NCBI GenBank assembly: GCA_021787985.1
Contig: JAJYLG010000009.1
Coordinates: 141 to 64,140 of the forward strand
Direction: 5' to 3'
DNA from: Chloroflexota bacterium
Lineage (GTDB): Bacteria; Chloroflexota; Dehalococcoidia; DSGV01
Length of the DNA: 64,000 nt
Made by a program: the position numbers and the translations under genes. Of the stretch, positions 8,795 through 21,506 are shown one piece after another (within the stretch, counting starts at the first letter, position 1; the number at the start of each line of letters is the position of its first letter). The notes beneath the pieces are model-generated. The model worked only from the letters and a program-made list of their open reading frames with translations, did no database searches and was not told the origin of the DNA.

Positions 8795-9166
8795 ATGACC
8801 TCGCAACGGGATGACCTGCCCGCCGGCGTCAACGCCGACGAGCCGTGCTACGTGATCTCGGTGGCGGCGCGCATCTTGGGCGTGCACCAGCAGACGCTGC
8901 GCTACTACGAGCGGGCCGGCCTCGTCCGCCCGTCGCGCTCGCGTGGCAATCTCCGCCTGTACTCGCGGCAGGACGTGGACCGCGTGCGACACATCAAGCA
9001 ACTGATGGATGACCTCGGCGTGAATCTGGCCGGAGTCGAAGTGATCCTGCGAATGCGCCAGCGGATCGATGAGCTCGAAGCCGAGCTGGCCGAGCTGCGC
9101 GACCAGCTCCGTGACCTGCTGTGGCCCGAGCCGCCGCAGCTCGCGCCGCCGGCCGAGCGCCCCTGA
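8795..9166 (+). CDS. hspR: MerR-family heat-shock repressor HspR
   Basis: YVISVAARILGVHQQTLRYYERAGLVRPSRSRGNLRLYSRQDVDRVRHIKQLMDDLGVNLAGVEVIL matches HspR/CbpM family. Directly downstream of the dnaJ-like gene. Confidence 0.75.
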   Translation: MTSQRDDLPAGVNADEPCYVISVAARILGVHQQTLRYYERAGLVRPSRSRGNLRLYSRQDVDRVRHIKQLMDDLGVNLAGVEVILRMRQRIDELEAELAELRDQLRDLLWPEPPQLAPPAERP

Positions 9167-9188
9167 TCCGCGTGCTGAGGAGTAGCGC

Positions 9189-9812
9189 ATGACTATGGCC
9201 CAGACGGCCGATACCCAGCCGGAAGGACTTCCCGGCGACGAGTTCGCGGACACGCGCGCCGCGTGCGAGACGCACCGGGGCGAGCACGGCGCCGGATGCG
9301 AGGTGCACCCGGTATCCGTCGAGGCCGGACGCCTGCTGCGCACGCTGGTGCGCCTGAGTGGTGGCCGCCGCGTGCTCGAGATCGGCTCGGGCGGCGGCTA
9401 TGGCAGCCTGTGGCTATCGGGCGGGGTTGCCCGCAGCGGCTGGGTCGAGAGCATGGAGTCCGAGCCGCTCCACGCGCGGCTGGCGCGCGAGCAGCTCGCC
9501 GCTCACGACGTCAACCGGCTGGTTACGGTGGTCGAGGCGGACTTCCGCGAGCGGGCGGCGACGGTGTTCGGGCCGTACGACTTCGTGCTGCTGCAGGTGG
9601 CGCCGCGGCAGTACGCCGACCTGCTGCCGCATCTCGAGCGCATGCTGCGGCTTGGCGGCGGGCTGGCGCTCGCGCATCTGGACGCCGATTGGCTCGCGGA
9701 GGACGACCGGCAAGCCGAACGCGAGTTTCTGGAGGCGATCGGCGGCTCGCGCCATTGGGACGGGCTGGTGGTCTCGGAGCCGCACCTGGGGATCTGGGTG
9801 CGGAGGGAGTAG
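9189..9812 (+). CDS. Class I SAM-dependent O-methyltransferase (caffeoyl-CoA OMT-like family 3)
   Basis: VLEIGSGGGYGSLWL SAM-binding motif; 207 aa. Confidence 0.6.
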   Translation: MTMAQTADTQPEGLPGDEFADTRAACETHRGEHGAGCEVHPVSVEAGRLLRTLVRLSGGRRVLEIGSGGGYGSLWLSGGVARSGWVESMESEPLHARLAREQLAAHDVNRLVTVVEADFRERAATVFGPYDFVLLQVAPRQYADLLPHLERMLRLGGGLALAHLDADWLAEDDRQAEREFLEAIGGSRHWDGLVVSEPHLGIWVRRE

Positions 9813-9861
9813 CGGCTGCCTTTGCCCGCGTGGGGAAGGGCGCCGAGAGCGTGGTGCAACG

Positions 9862-12219
9862 ATGGTGATGCGACCGGACCGATTCACTGAGCAGGCACAG
9901 CAGGTGCTGACGCAGAGCCAGGAGCTGCTGCGGACGCGCGGCCACGGCCAGTGGAGCGTGCCACACCTCTTCTCCGCGCTGCTCTCGGTGGAGGGGAGCC
10001 TCGCCGTGCGGCTGCTGGAGCGCGCCGGCGTCGACGTGGGGCGGCTACGCAAGGCGGTCGAGGGGGTGCTCGACCGCACGCCGCGGCTGGAGTACTCCAG
10101 CGCGCAGCTCTACCTGACGCCGGGCGTGGTGCAGGTGCTCGAGGCGGCGGACCGGGAGGCGCACCGCCTGAAGGACGAGTACATCGGCGTCGAACACCTG
10201 CTGGTGGCCGTGGTGGAGTTCGCCGAGGACGGCGCGAGCAAGGGGGAGCGCGAGCTGCAGCAGATCGCCCGCCAGTTCGGGCTGACCAAGGAGCTGGTGT
10301 ACCGCGCGCTCCAGGAGGTCCGCGGCGGGGCGCGTGTCACCTCGCCCACCCAGGAGAGCCGCTACGAAGCCTTGGAGCGCTACTCGGTTGACCTGACGGG
10401 GCTGGCGGGGGAGGGGAAGCTCGACCCGGTGATCGGCCGCGAGATGGAGATCCGCCGCGTGATGCAGGTGCTGAACCGGCGCTACAAGAACAACCCGGTG
10501 CTCATCGGCGAGGCGGGCGTCGGCAAGACGGCCATCGTCGAGGGCCTGGCGCAGCGCATGGCCGCCGGCGATGTGCCCGAGAACCTGCGCGGCCGCCGCC
10601 TGCTGGCGCTCGATATCGGCGCGCTGGTGGCCGGCTCCAAGTTCCGCGGCGAGTTCGAGGAGCGCATGCGCGCGGTGATCGACGAGATCCGGCGCGCCGC
10701 CGGCGAGGTCGTCGTCTTCATCGACGAGCTGCACCAGGTGGTGGGCGCGGGCGGCGCCGAGGGCGCGATCGACGCGTCCACCATGATGAAGCCGGCTCTC
10801 GCCCGCGGCGAGCTGCACGTCATCGGCGCGACGACGCTGGACGAGTACCGCCAGTACATCGAGCGTGACACCGCGCTGGAGCGCCGCTTCACGCCGGTGT
10901 ACGTCGACGAGCCGAGCGTGGAGGACACCGTGGCCATCCTGCGCGGCCTACGGCCGAAGCTCGAGGAGCACCACCACGTCCGTATCACGGACGACGCGCT
11001 CGAGGCCGCGGCGGGGCTGGGCGAGCGCTACGTGACCGGCCGCTTCCTGCCGGACAAGGCGATCGACCTGGTGGACGAGGCGGCGAGCCGCGCCGTCATC
11101 GCGGCGCAAACGGAGGAGCCGCCCGTGGAGCCGGGGACCGGCGAGGCGGAAGGCGGCCTGCTCGTGGACGAGCCGGAGGTGGCCGGGGTCGTCGCCCAGA
11201 CGACGGGCATCCCCGCCGGGCGGCTGATGCAGGACGAGCGTGAGCGGCTGCTCGAGATGGAGGAGGCGCTCGGCGAGCGCGTCGTGGGCCAGGAAGCGGC
11301 CATCCGCTCGCTGGCCGAGGCGCTGCGCCGGGCGCGGGCCGGGCTCAAGGACCCGCGCCGGCCGATCGGGTCCTTCATCTTCCTTGGGCCGACGGGAGTG
11401 GGCAAGACGGAGCTGGCGAAGGCGCTGGCCGAGTTCCTCTTCGGCGACGAGGACGCGCTGGTGCGGCTCGACATGAGCGAGTACCAGGAGCGGCACGAGG
11501 TGAGCCGCATGGTGGGCGCGCCGCCCGGGTATGTCGGCTACGGCGAGGGCGGGACGCTCACCGAGGCGGTCCGCCGCCGACCGTACCGGGTGATCCTGTT
11601 CGACGAGATAGAGAAGGCGCACCCGGACGTGTGGAACATGCTGCTGCAGGTGCTCGAGGACGGTCGCTTGACCGACGGCGAGGGCCGCACGGTGGACTTC
11701 CGCAACACGGTCATCATCATGACCGGCAACCTGGGCAGCGAGGAGCTGCGCCGCGAGGCGCTGGGCTTCGCGCCCGGTCAGCGCGCGTCCTCGGCGGTCG
11801 ACCGCCAGCGGCTGGAGCGTGCCGTGCAGAAGGCGCTGCGTGAGACGTTCCGGCCGGAGTTCGTCAACCGGATCGACGAGGTGATCATCTTCGAGCCGCT
11901 GGGAGAGCCAGAGCTGCTGCGGGTGGTCGACCTGCTGCTGGCCGAGGTGTCGGAGCGGCTGGAGGAGCAGGACGTCCGCCTGCAGGTGACGGACGCGGCG
12001 CGCAAGCAGCTCGTCAAGCAGGGCTACGAGCCGGCGTACGGCGCGCGACCGCTGCGGCGCGTGGTCGAGCGCGAGGTGGAGAACCCGCTGGCGCGCCGCC
12101 TGCTGGCGGGCGAGCTGGAGCGGGGCGAGGTCGCGCTGGTCGATTGGGACGGCGGGCAGTACACGTTCACGCGCGCGGCGGTTGGCGAGCCGGCCGTCGC
12201 CGTGGCGGACGCGCCCTAG
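9862..12219 (+). CDS. ClpB/ClpC-family AAA+ chaperone (two NBDs, short middle domain)
   Basis: N-domain repeats; Walker [10 protein letters not shown] and GPTGVGKTE; Walker B FIDELH and [10 protein letters not shown]; sensor motifs. About 785 aa, shorter M-domain than canonical ClpB. Start ATGGTGATG. Confidence 0.8.
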   Translation: MVMRPDRFTEQAQQVLTQSQELLRTRGHGQWSVPHLFSALLSVEGSLAVRLLERAGVDVGRLRKAVEGVLDRTPRLEYSSAQLYLTPGVVQVLEAADREAHRLKDEYIGVEHLLVAVVEFAEDGASKGERELQQIARQFGLTKELVYRALQEVRGGARVTSPTQESRYEALERYSVDLTGLAGEGKLDPVIGREMEIRRVMQVLNRRYKNNPVLIGEAGVGKTAIVEGLAQRMAAGDVPENLRGRRLLALDIGALVAGSKFRGEFEERMRAVIDEIRRAAGEVVVFIDELHQVVGAGGAEGAIDASTMMKPALARGELHVIGATTLDEYRQYIERDTALERRFTPVYVDEPSVEDTVAILRGLRPKLEEHHHVRITDDALEAAAGLGERYVTGRFLPDKAIDLVDEAASRAVIAAQTEEPPVEPGTGEAEGGLLVDEPEVAGVVAQTTGIPAGRLMQDERERLLEMEEALGERVVGQEAAIRSLAEALRRARAGLKDPRRPIGSFIFLGPTGVGKTELAKALAEFLFGDEDALVRLDMSEYQERHEVSRMVGAPPGYVGYGEGGTLTEAVRRRPYRVILFDEIEKAHPDVWNMLLQVLEDGRLTDGEGRTVDFRNTVIIMTGNLGSEELRREALGFAPGQRASSAVDRQRLERAVQKALRETFRPEFVNRIDEVIIFEPLGEPELLRVVDLLLAEVSERLEEQDVRLQVTDAARKQLVKQGYEPAYGARPLRRVVEREVENPLARRLLAGELERGEVALVDWDGGQYTFTRAAVGEPAVAVADAP

Positions 12220-12277
12220 CGGCTGACCAAGGCGGGATGCTCCCCGCCGCGGGGAGTACGGACGCAGCCGGGCGCAC

Positions 12278-12403
12278 TCATTCTGCCTGGGCCACCGGCT
12301 GCCGGGCGGAGGGCTCCGTGTCGGCGTGCGCAGACGCCGTCGAGACGAACGAAGCGAGCGCGGCGGCGTGCAAGACCAGCAATAGCGCTCCGTAGCGGCT
12401 CAT
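12278..12403 (-). CDS. Small ORF encoding a signal-peptide-like 41-aa peptide (MSRYGALLLVLHAAALASFVSTASA/HADTEPSARQPVAQAE)
   Basis: AGGAG RBS 7 nt upstream. ATGA overlap with stop of the IS256 fragment ORF. Hand-mapped, low confidence. Confidence 0.25.
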   Translation of the reverse strand: MSRYGALLLVLHAAALASFVSTASAHADTEPSARQPVAQAE

Positions 12404-12933
12404 CGGTCTGCTCCTACTGCACCGCGCGCAAGGTGGGGATGACCTGGCGCAGGATTCCGACGTTCGTGCACCAGTCCGGACAGCGCGGCTGCTGCCCGGA
12501 GCACGGGTTCAGACCCGCGAAAGCCGGCGATTACCAGCGACTCCGGCGCCGCAGTGCGGCTGACACCGCTCGCCAGCAAACAGGAGGCCAAGGTGTCGTC
12601 AGTGTTGCGGAGCTTGGGCCGGGCCAGTGCCATGACCCGGGCCATGGCCTTCACGGTGAGCGGCCCGTAGCCGTTGCGCTGGCCGACGTGGCACCGCTGC
12701 CCGTGGGCGTTGCGGTCCCGGCCCAGGCACTCACTCACCTCCAGTTCCAGGCCGGCCTGCATGACCAGCCCGACGCCGAGCCGGTCCATCGTTTCCAGTA
12801 CCCCGCCGAGCTCCCGGCCAGAGGCGAAGAGCGCGTCGATCGCGACCTGGACCTGCTGCGCGGGGAATCCTCGTTGGGACACGGGCGTAGACCTCCTTCC
12901 TCGAGTTGTCAGGGACTCCGAAGGAGGGCCCAC
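12400..12933 (-). pseudogene. IS256/mutator-family transposase N-terminal fragment (no DDE domain present) - IS remnant
   Basis: LGRDRNAHGQRCHVGQRNGYGPLTVKAMARVMALARPKLRNTDDT matches the conserved N-terminal region of IS256 transposases (RNGY..R.L.T..G.L.L..P..R). The ORF stops after about 130-170 aa and no catalytic domain follows. Local GC is lower than the surroundings. Confidence 0.55.
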
Positions 12934-13058
12934 GCCCGCCGCCGGTTGCGTGCCCCTCTTGCGCCGCCCTTGGGAAGCTTCCCACCGAACGGTCCGGCCT
13001 GCTCAAGGTGGCCAAGTGTGCGAGGATTGGGGTAGGCAGCGATGTAAGGAGTCTCTCA

Positions 13059-13247
13059 ATGCCCGAGCACCCACAGGCACAAAGCGACAACCAGGCTATC
13101 CAGCAAGGGCTCGTGGAGCGTGGCCGCTCGCTGCCCGGTGTGGCAACCCTGGTGGACGTCTACGGCCGGCTCAGCGCTCATACGCAGCTGCTAGTCAACG
13201 TTCAGCCCAGCCAAGTGAAGAACGCCACCGGCGGCAACATCGGCTGA
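13059..13247 (+). CDS. Small hydrophilic ORF (62 aa) immediately upstream of, and likely co-transcribed with, the soluble S49 peptidase
   Basis: AAGGAG RBS 7 nt upstream of ATG. Stop is 3 nt before the GTG start of the peptidase. No recognizable domain. Confidence 0.4.
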   Translation: MPEHPQAQSDNQAIQQGLVERGRSLPGVATLVDVYGRLSAHTQLLVNVQPSQVKNATGGNIG

Positions 13248-13250
13248 CGC

Positions 13251-14273
13251 GTGCCGACCTGGGGCGAGATCCTCGCTGAGCTGAATGACCCGGCGAACCG
13301 CCTCCCGAACGGGACGCCGGACTTTGACCGTGTCCGGCGAAAGTACCTCGTCCATCTGCACGAGTTGACCCGACGACCGACGATCATCTACTACACCGAC
13401 TGGTTCGGCAAAGGCGGCCCAGCATCGTCGATCACCCTTGAGGACATGCAGGGGATGATGGAAGTCTGCAAGGACCTTCGTGGTCCCAACCTCGACATCC
13501 TCTTGCACAGCCCCGGCGGCAGTCCGGAGGCCACGGCCAGCCTGGTCCGCTACCTTCGCACGAAGTTCTCCCATATCCGCGCGTTCGTCCCTCTGGCCGC
13601 CATGTCCGCGGCGACGATGTGGGCGTTGGCTGGTGACGTGATCGTGATGGGCAAGCACTCGCAGCTTGGCCCGATCGACCCGCAGATGGTGGCCGGCGCC
13701 TGGACGGCACCGGCGCGGGCAATCCTACGACAGTTCGAGCAAGCGAAGGAGGAGTGCAAGGACCCCTCCCTTCTGGGGGCGTGGATGCCCATCCTCCAGC
13801 AGTACGGGCCAGCACTCATCCAGCAGTGCGAGGCCGCCGAGGCACTCGCCGTCCGCCTGGTCCGCGAGTGGCTTGAGCAGTACATGTTTGCCAGCGCACC
13901 GGACGCTGCCGCGAAGGCTGAAGCTGTGGCGGGGTACTTCGCCGACTACGAGGAGCACCGGTCACACTCGCTCGGCATCGACCGCGAACAGGCCCGCAGC
14001 AAGGGGGTGCGGATCGAGGATCTGGAGGCAAGTCAGGATCTACAGGACGCCGTGCTCAGCGTGCATCACGCCACCATGCACACGCTGCAAGGCCCCGCGG
14101 TCAAGATCATGGAGAACCATCTCGGCCGCACGTTCGCGAAGCTGACCCAGCAACTTGTCGTCCAGATGCCGATGACGGGGCCGGGTCAGGTCGGCACGTT
14201 GCCGCCGGGCATGCCCGGGCTCGGTCCGCTTGGGGTGCATGGTTCAGGACCTCCTCCCTTGGGTCAACCGTAG
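13251..14273 (+). CDS. SDH-family (serine dehydrogenase proteinase, S49/ClpP-fold) peptidase, soluble, with Pro/Gly-rich C-terminal tail
   Basis: LHSPGGSPEA and FVPLAAMSAATMWALAGDVIVMGKHSQLGPIDPQM parallel the LHTPGG and VLGPVDPQL motifs of the membrane-bound paralog at 19903..20763. No N-terminal TM. GTG start. Confidence 0.75.
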   Translation: MPTWGEILAELNDPANRLPNGTPDFDRVRRKYLVHLHELTRRPTIIYYTDWFGKGGPASSITLEDMQGMMEVCKDLRGPNLDILLHSPGGSPEATASLVRYLRTKFSHIRAFVPLAAMSAATMWALAGDVIVMGKHSQLGPIDPQMVAGAWTAPARAILRQFEQAKEECKDPSLLGAWMPILQQYGPALIQQCEAAEALAVRLVREWLEQYMFASAPDAAAKAEAVAGYFADYEEHRSHSLGIDREQARSKGVRIEDLEASQDLQDAVLSVHHATMHTLQGPAVKIMENHLGRTFAKLTQQLVVQMPMTGPGQVGTLPPGMPGLGPLGVHGSGPPPLGQP

Positions 14274-14605
14274 ACGCGCCTTGCGCTTGCGCAGCCCAAG
14301 ACGCCGGCTCAGCGGTGCGGGGCTGGATTGAAGTCCGTCGGCCGAGAACGCCAGCAGCAGACAGGAACAGGCAGCGGTCACGCGGACGGTGAGAAGTCTC
14401 CGGCCGAGTGCCAGTCCGTGCCCTTCATATTCACCGCGGCCCCTGTTGATTCCAGTCTCGGCTGCCTCTCGCCGATGGGGGAGAACTACTCCTCGGCGCG
14501 CTGGCTGGAGCTTCTCCACCGGCTGACTCTCTATGACGGGTCTTCGAGCGTTGCAGGCAGAATGCATGCTGAAGTAATGTCGTAGTGCGGTCATCGGAGG
14601 TAGCC

Positions 14606-14860
14606 ATGAAGCAGCTCACGCTCCGGGACATCCCCGAAGAGGTCGTCCAGGCGCTGCGCGAAGAGGCTGCGGAGCGCGGCCAGAGCATGAACGCGGTGGC
14701 TCGCTCGGCTCTTGCGGAGCACGTCGAGCGCCGGCGGTGGAGCCAGCGCCTGCGCGAACGGTTGCCCGTGATGGACGCCCTACGGAACCGGATCGCGCGT
14801 CGGCACGGCCGTGAGCTGGACGACAGCGCCGCCCTGGTTCGGGCAGATCGCGAGCGGTGA
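14606..14860 (+). CDS. vapB: VapB/FitA-like RHH antitoxin
   Basis: MKQLTLRDIPEEVVQALREEAAERGQSMNAVARSAL is typical of StbC/VapB-type antitoxins. GGAGG RBS. Overlaps the downstream PIN gene. Confidence 0.7.
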   Translation: MKQLTLRDIPEEVVQALREEAAERGQSMNAVARSALAEHVERRRWSQRLRERLPVMDALRNRIARRHGRELDDSAALVRADRER

Positions 14861-15306
14861 TGCCGCACGACCGCTTCGTGGTGGACGCTTCCGTTGCAGT
14901 GAAATGGGTGCTGCCCGAACCGGGATCCGGGCGGGCGCGACGGCTGCTGGAGCGTGCGGCGCGGAGCGACACGCAGTTCCTCGCACCGGACATCTTCGTC
15001 GGCGAGGTGGCGAACGTCATCTGGAAGCGCTGCCGCCTCCGTGGTGAGCTGCTCGAAGATGAGGCTCGGGAGGCGCTGTCCGCATTGCTGGGCACGCTTC
15101 CGGAGATCATCCCGAGCGCGACGCTCGTGGCGCAGGCCTTCGAGCTGGCGCTGAGCTTCCGGCGTCCGGTGTACGACTGTATCTACGTTGCGCTGGCGCT
15201 GCGCGACGGGTGTCCGCTGGTGACGTCTGACCTGGCGCTCGCCCGCTCGATGGGACCGGCCACGGGGCAAGTCATCCATCTCGACGACCTGGAGCTCGGC
15301 GGGTGA
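14857..15306 (+). CDS. vapC: PIN-domain toxin VapC
   Basis: FVVDASVAVKWVLPE N-terminus; PIN acidic residues; 149 aa. Confidence 0.75.
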   Translation: MMPHDRFVVDASVAVKWVLPEPGSGRARRLLERAARSDTQFLAPDIFVGEVANVIWKRCRLRGELLEDEAREALSALLGTLPEIIPSATLVAQAFELALSFRRPVYDCIYVALALRDGCPLVTSDLALARSMGPATGQVIHLDDLELGG

Positions 15307-15445
15307 GCTGCGCGCCCGTGGCCAGGAGCGAGGTCGCCCGCGCGAGACGCGAGAGCCCCACGTCCCGCCTCCGTCCTTGCCGAGTCCCAGCGCCATTCCC
15401 GCGAAGAGTCCCGCTCGCGTTCCCGCGGCGGCGCACAATGCAGCC

Positions 15446-16192
15446 ATGGAGCTGCGCATCGGCTGCTCGGGCTGGATGTACGCTCACTGGCGCGGGGTTT
15501 TCTACTCGCCGGGCGTGCCCACGGCGCGCTGGCTGGAGCACTACTGCACGCGCTTCGACACGGTCGAGCTGAACGCGAGCTTCTATCGCTGGCCCTCCGA
15601 GCGCACCGTGCAGGGGTGGCCAGGGCGCACGCCGCCCGGCTTCCGTTTCGCCGTCAAGGTGACGCGGCGCGTGACCCATCTGCAGCGGCTGCGCGACTGC
15701 GAGGGCACCCTCGCCGCCTTCATCGAACGGGTGCGGCCGCTGGGCGAGCGGCTGGGGCCGCTGCTCTATCAGCTCCCGCCATCGATGCAGCGGGACGATG
15801 CCCGCCTGGCCGCCTTCCTGGAGCTGCTGCCGCGCGACCTGCTGCACGCGTTCGAGTTCCGCCACCGGAGCTGGTGGGCGGACGGCGTGTTCGAGCTGTT
15901 GCGCGCCCGCGGCGCCGCGTTCTGTGTCTACCACCTGGGCGGCGAGCAGACGCCGGTCGTGGCGACATCGGACGAGGCGTACGTGCGCTTCCACGGCCCG
16001 GCCGGGGCGTACTGAGGGTCGTACTCGGATGACGAGCTACGCGAGTGGCTCACGCGCGTCCACGGGCTGCCGGGCGTGCGCCGCGCGTGGATCTACTTCA
16101 ACAACGACGCGGAGGGGTGGGCGCCGCACGATGCCGCGCGGCTGCGCGAGCTGGCGGCGGGGGAGCACGGAACCGCGGATGACCGCGGATGA
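15446..16192 (+). pseudogene. DUF72 (YecE-like) family gene interrupted by an in-frame TGA at about 16013..16015; reading frame continues 58 codons with conserved DUF72 C-terminal sequence
   Basis: Upstream part MELRIGCSGWMYAHW...YVRFHGPAGAY then TGA. The same frame continues GSYSDDELREWLTRVHGLPGVRRAWIYFNNDAEGWAPHDAARLRELA, which is the typical DUF72 C-terminus. Likely TGG-to-TGA nonsense mutation or a sequencing error. Confidence 0.5.
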
Positions 16193-16360
16193 CCGCGGCG
16201 GTGAGGGCACGCGCCGTTTGCGAGGATTCAGGAGGTTGAGGCTGGCAAGACGAGACCCCGCGCGGCGAAGCCGGCCCCCCAATCCGCGCTCGTCTGCGGA
16301 AATCCGCGGACGCGTGCGAGATGCCGCTCCATCCGTGTTCGTCCGTCGGGCGCGACCCGC

Positions 16361-18958
<2,598 letters not shown>

Positions 18959-19100
18959 GGCGGTACCCCTGGAGTGGCTCCAATCACAGTTTCGCGCACC
19001 TGTCGCCGCTTCCGGTACGGCTCGCGGAAGGCGGGTCGCCTGCGCGTCGCACGCGGGGAGGTCGCTCGTCGTGGCGGAGCGGCATCACGCGGACGAGGAT

Positions 19101-19775
19101 TCACGCGCCTTCCTTCGTGCCGGCGAGCCCGGCCTCCTCGCGCGTGAGCCGCCGCGCGGTGTCCGCCAACCAACCCTGCAGCGACATGTTCGCCGGCCGC
19201 CGGGCCAGCGCCTCGAAGCAGGTCGCGAGCGTGCGGGTCAACACGCGCTCGCCGATGCGCTCCACCCCGGAGCCAGCCGCTCCGGCGCGCTCCAGCTCCT
19301 TCCGGATCACGGCCGACACGGCCGGCAGCTCGTCCCACGTGAGCCGGTCGAAGGCGGCCCGGTCGCCGGCCAGCGCGCGGTCGAGCAGCTCGCGCTCCTC
19401 GATCAGCACGCGCTCGTCAGCGGCGCGCGCGGCGGGCGCCAGCCCGGCGCGGGTGCGCTCGTATCGGTGCTCGCCGCGCAGGCGGCCCATGTAGCGCTGG
19501 AGCTGCCGCTCCACGCCTTGCGCCGCCGCCAGCAGCGCGCCCTCCACCGACTCGGCGCTCCGCCGCGAGACGAGCGCGGAGTCGAGGACGAAGAGCCGCA
19601 GGACGGCCCGGTACTCCTCGCGGCGCGAGTGGCGAGACAGCTCCACCACGGCGTGGACGAGCTCCGGGTCCACGTGTTTGAGCTGCGATTCCATGTGGGC
19701 GAGGTGCCGCTCGACCAGGGCCTGGTATTCGGACGGCGCGTCCATGCGGGTGGTGCTGAGCTGATAGCGGAGCAT
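19101..19775 (-). CDS. Hypothetical protein (about 224 aa) between the S49 protease and clpB
   Basis: AGGAGG RBS 6 nt upstream of ATG (MLRYQLSTTRMDAPSEYQ...). Same strand and close spacing to neighbours. No recognizable domain. Confidence 0.5.
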   Translation of the reverse strand: MLRYQLSTTRMDAPSEYQALVERHLAHMESQLKHVDPELVHAVVELSRHSRREEYRAVLRLFVLDSALVSRRSAESVEGALLAAAQGVERQLQRYMGRLRGEHRYERTRAGLAPAARAADERVLIEERELLDRALAGDRAAFDRLTWDELPAVSAVIRKELERAGAAGSGVERIGERVLTRTLATCFEALARRPANMSLQGWLADTARRLTREEAGLAGTKEGA

Positions 19776-19902
19776 CGCGGTCCTCCTGGCAAGCCGCCGA
19801 AAAGCGGGTGTCCCCCCAGATGCACAGCCCACCCCTTGCCTGGTCTGTGCACCAGGAAAGGGGCGGGGGGATGGTCGAAGCGGGTTTCTCAACATCCTGC
19901 TG

Positions 19903-20763
19903 CTAGTCCTTGCCGCCCGCGGTCGGCCGGCGAGTGGGCGCTGGCGCGGGCCGGTACGGCACCGGCACGTACTCCACGGTTGGTCGACCACGGCCGGCCT
20001 GCGGGTAGAGGTTCATCAACTTGTAGACCTCCAGCGGCATGTCCGTGCTCACCGGCAGGCCGAGCTGCTGGGCCTCCTCCACCTTGATCGGATAGTCGTG
20101 CGTCCAGATGCCGGTGGATAGCGTCTCGGCAAGCTTCTCGGCTGCCTCCGGTGGCATGCGGTCGGTGAGCAGCTCGGCCACCATGGTGCGCACCTGGTTG
20201 ATCGCCTTGCGCGCCACGTCCGCGAGGATGAGCGTTTCGTCGTCCACCTTGTCCACGTCCTTCTGCTCGACGACGCGGACGATGGAGGTGGCGGGGAAGT
20301 TGCCGAGCTGGGGGTCGACCGGGCCGAGGACGGCGTTCTCGTCCATGACGATCTGGTCGGCGGCGAGCGCGACCAGCATTCCGCCGCTCATGGCGTAGTG
20401 GGGCACGAAGACGGTCACCGGCGCGCGGCGTCGCTGCAGGGCGTGCGCGATCTGCTCGGCCGCGATCACCAAGCCGCCGGGCGTGTGCAGCACCAGGTCG
20501 ACCGGCACGTCGGGGTCGGTGAGCTTGATGGCGCGCAGCACCTCCTCCGAGTCGTCCATGTCGATGTAACGGACGATGGGGAAGCCCAGCAAGGCCATCG
20601 TCTCCTGGCGGTGGATCAGCGTGATCACGCGGCTCCTGCGCTTCTTCTCCAGGTCATGGATGAGCCGCATCCGCGCGGCGCGCAGCATTCGTTGCCGCAG
20701 CAGCGGCTGGATCGTGACCAGGATGAGGAAGACCCAGAACAGGTCGAGGATCGAGAACGTCAT
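19903..20763 (-). CDS. SDH-family S49/ClpP-fold serine protease, membrane-anchored
   Basis: N-terminal TM (ILDLFWVFLILVTIQPLL); LVLHTPGGLVIAAEQIAHAL; FVPHYAMSGGMLVALAADQIVM; VLGPVDPQLG. Confidence 0.8.
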   Translation of the reverse strand: MTFSILDLFWVFLILVTIQPLLRQRMLRAARMRLIHDLEKKRRSRVITLIHRQETMALLGFPIVRYIDMDDSEEVLRAIKLTDPDVPVDLVLHTPGGLVIAAEQIAHALQRRRAPVTVFVPHYAMSGGMLVALAADQIVMDENAVLGPVDPQLGNFPATSIVRVVEQKDVDKVDDETLILADVARKAINQVRTMVAELLTDRMPPEAAEKLAETLSTGIWTHDYPIKVEEAQQLGLPVSTDMPLEVYKLMNLYPQAGRGRPTVEYVPVPYRPAPAPTRRPTAGGKD

Positions 20764-20784
20764 TACTCTCCCTCCAATGCGCCG

Positions 20785-21486
20785 TCACCAAGGCCAGTGC
20801 TCGTCGAGGTGGAAGTCCCCGTACGGCCGCAAGCGGATGAACACCGGCACCAGCACCGCCCCCGTGACGAAGCCGCCCACGTGCGCCCAGAATGCCACCC
20901 CGCCCGAGGCCTCGGCCGGCAGATTGGCGACGACCGTCGCCACGCCGTTCCAGAGCTGGCTCAGGAACCAGAATCCGATATACACGAGCGCCGGGATTTC
21001 GATGATCCACGGGAAAAAGAAGATGGGCACCAGCGTGATCACGTGCGACCGCGGGAACAGCAGCAGATAGGCGGCCATGACGCCGCTGATGGCGCCGCTC
21101 GCCCCGATGGTCGGCAGGGTGCTGCCGGTGTTCGCCGCGATGTGCGAAAAGTTCGCCGCGACGCCGCAGAGCAGGTAAAAGAGCGCGTAGCCGGCATGCC
21201 CGAGCCGGTCCTCCACGTTGTCGCCGAAGATGTACAGCGCCAGCATGTTCCCGATGATGTGCACCCAGCCAGCGTGAATGAAGAGCGCAGCGAAGAGCGT
21301 AGCGACCTGGCCCAGGTCCGTGTGGTCGAGGAAGCGCGCCGGCACGACGCCCAGCCGCTCGATTGTGGCGACCGCCCCGCTGCCCCGCGACAGCTCGACT
21401 CCGAACACGGCCGCGTTCGCGAGGATCAGGGCGGTGTTCACCCAGGGGAACGAACGCGCACGGACCGTGTCCTTGAGCGGGATCAC
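20785..21486 (-). CDS. Rhomboid-family intramembrane serine protease
   Basis: 6-7 TM. GASGAISGV catalytic Ser motif and AHVGGFVTG catalytic His. 233 aa. Confidence 0.85.
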   Translation of the reverse strand: MIPLKDTVRARSFPWVNTALILANAAVFGVELSRGSGAVATIERLGVVPARFLDHTDLGQVATLFAALFIHAGWVHIIGNMLALYIFGDNVEDRLGHAGYALFYLLCGVAANFSHIAANTGSTLPTIGASGAISGVMAAYLLLFPRSHVITLVPIFFFPWIIEIPALVYIGFWFLSQLWNGVATVVANLPAEASGGVAFWAHVGGFVTGAVLVPVFIRLRPYGDFHLDEHWPW

Positions 21487-21506
21487 CGGCCGTCAATCCA
21501 CGCCCG

